DNA from: a virus
Virus record (IMG/VR): IMGVR_UViG_3300028549_001760
Length of the DNA: 50,401 bases
Direction: 5' to 3' (one strand)
The translations under genes were made by a program, and so were the position numbers. Under the pieces are notes generated by a model. The model was given only the letters and a program-made list of their open reading frames with translations. It made no database searches and was not told the origin of the DNA. Below, piece after piece: positions 50,101-50,401 of the stretch (position 1 is the first letter of the stretch; every line of letters starts with the position of its first letter).

Positions 50101-50401
50101 AGCGCGCAGGGCCGTGGTGTACTGGTATCCTGGCTATGGCCAAAGCAACAAGCGCGTATGACCTGGTGGCCAACGCGGTGACTTCCGCTCATATCGTCGA
50201 CGGGGCCGTGGTGGCGTCAAAGATCTTTGTTGAAAACCTGGCCGCTATTATTGGGAATCTGTCTGCCATACAGGGCGGCGCTGATGATCCAAACAACTAT
50301 TGGATGCTTACGGATTTCCCTGGCAAGCCGGTCGACCGGATGGTCGGCGAGTTACGGGCTGGCGGGGCAAAGTCCTTTATCAAGGTTACTCCTGACAGCA
50401 C
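47193..50401 (+). CDS. Tail fibre / tail tip protein, N-terminal part (open to the window end; continues at base 256 after the overlap and ends at 1471)
   Basis: AAGGAG lies upstream of ATG 47193 and there is no stop to base 50401. This ORF is missing from the track, presumably because it has no stop in the window. Two fibronectin-III-like segments lie near 49370-50050 (…YRFRAKASN…, …YYYRMRTV…). Confidence 0.75.
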   Translation, partial: MLFASKDKNGDALPAELIAALWDPATKITAHVAIDFAGDGTFVEVPSDDVLSIDFSDEVEGQNGRACSNKCSVELSNYNHRYSPHKFTDDYTPSIMHFNGPDQGDGRGNLRPERRISIDLQVDGFSSVVPGRYYVPIFEGLITGDGFVEDVGHGNINKVKLAANDYAILLKKKDPKGVKKVIAGQWVEETLAWRDCKVSDPADQANSIIHKLVAMGDPDGWITVDAETFNVPIEYIPIDTNMWSEIAELADFMHCTASFFGKTLFFGDSEFNTVTASPIEFTNSHYEGINHRDNADKIYNKLSIEFGQYIKLPKTALWMHPNSAESGIIQDGGCVYDLSDAEKIPDLFNEMVIYKAPYTAEVNTPTTRPGYGGTGIVDTKANAANYEVVTAENISYHYYENGLDTELLIFDTTTYRDAAIIRAAIGGRTSVRVTKLVVFGEPVIQEKAITSFIDNADSIALYGTKIKEYKNKYMNQEIITFRSQQWTRDRAWLQIAIEQNAVPRRDYTFSLSMPLIIARSGTRVRLQETYQGSEINVMVNLQSIGIKYNGQKAEWTTTFKAVEYKTESGATTTWSDTSPRPDIAKPVKQILIALGQSVDQALPYNKGDLMSYRYEKESIVLNDYYIAVVSKGPDDAFSWDDWELVDAENQLFKQTLFIRSASTPDTPTGVAPEGWTDIVPDGTDPVWQSTATLRKINSTVTVVFIDWSTPLSMASISGGTPVPGTVTNLSAVAYQDYIKMNMTIPAGAVSYIFQRSKDEGASWEDITGTADGEAACSESGYMWPFNRATDKYPEKTLELSGVAPLSKYRFRAKASNVLGQTSASWSSTVPVDDTAYKTWKPVAPTGAASQTAMRAASISWVKPDVYNIARHEVQISKDNTTWFEPAVGLNVYPETVEEVLVSNEGNWRQSNTANLFKTTPIEQWNQELPLEGQGAGLAVNTVYYYRMRTVVDVPQAADDAPNGVYASSGKRAGPWCTGILAMAKATSAYDLVANAVTSAHIVDGAVVASKIFVENLAAIIGNLSAIQGGADDPNNYWMLTDFPGKPVDRMVGELRAGGAKSFIKVTPDS
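50147..50401. repeat. Terminal overlap copy 2 (identical to 1-255)
   Basis: Direct comparison of the two ends, base by base over the printed lines. Confidence 0.95.

Overview
The window is one complete tailed dsDNA phage genome assembled as a circle. Bases 1-255 repeat exactly at 50147-50401, so the unique length is 50,146 bp. The 1474-aa tail-fibre gene (47193 -> window end -> 1471) crosses that junction.

Layout: two opposed gene blocks converge on a hairpin terminator near 8000 and diverge from a gene-poor, AT-rich control region at about 27.9-29.7 kb.
- Plus-strand block (29706 -> wrap -> 7988): packaging genes, an HK97-type head, neck genes, a siphovirus-type tail (major tail protein, G/GT frameshift chaperones, 1973-aa tape measure, one giant tail fibre), then an accessory/lysis-like block.
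- Minus-strand block (27899 down to 8023): about 45 early genes. These include two SSBs, an Erf annealase, a Cas4-like nuclease, an SMC-like ATPase, a ParB-like nuclease, an SF2 helicase, RusA, RadC, two Lar-like proteins and many small unknowns.
- I could not recognise an integrase, a repressor or a classic endolysin by eye.

Most unusual feature: directly after the tail-fibre gene sits a translationally coupled cassette (1489-4417). Its core is a 433-aa protein with a Cys-free 106-aa N-terminal domain followed by about 80 consecutive X-X-X-Cys units. The next gene is a radical SAM/SPASM enzyme. Downstream lie a membrane HExxH protein and two papain-like Cys-His-Asp proteins. I read this as a phage-borne, very large CXXX-repeat rSAM modification system whose product may be a virion or host-directed structure.

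Other signals:
- An 18-bp perfect palindrome TGTGGAAAWWTTTCCACA occurs 10 times, always at the head of a gene or operon. Three copies bracket a ~78% A+T stretch, a candidate origin.
- Two tRNA-like elements with aberrant anticodon arms flank the second SSB gene.
- Three related GGTA-loop hairpins lie in a gene-free stretch.
- A 60-bp AT-rich inverted repeat sits between two early operons.
- There are two places where the reading frame or start codon is ambiguous.

All calls come from reading the sequence and the ORF track. No searches were run.
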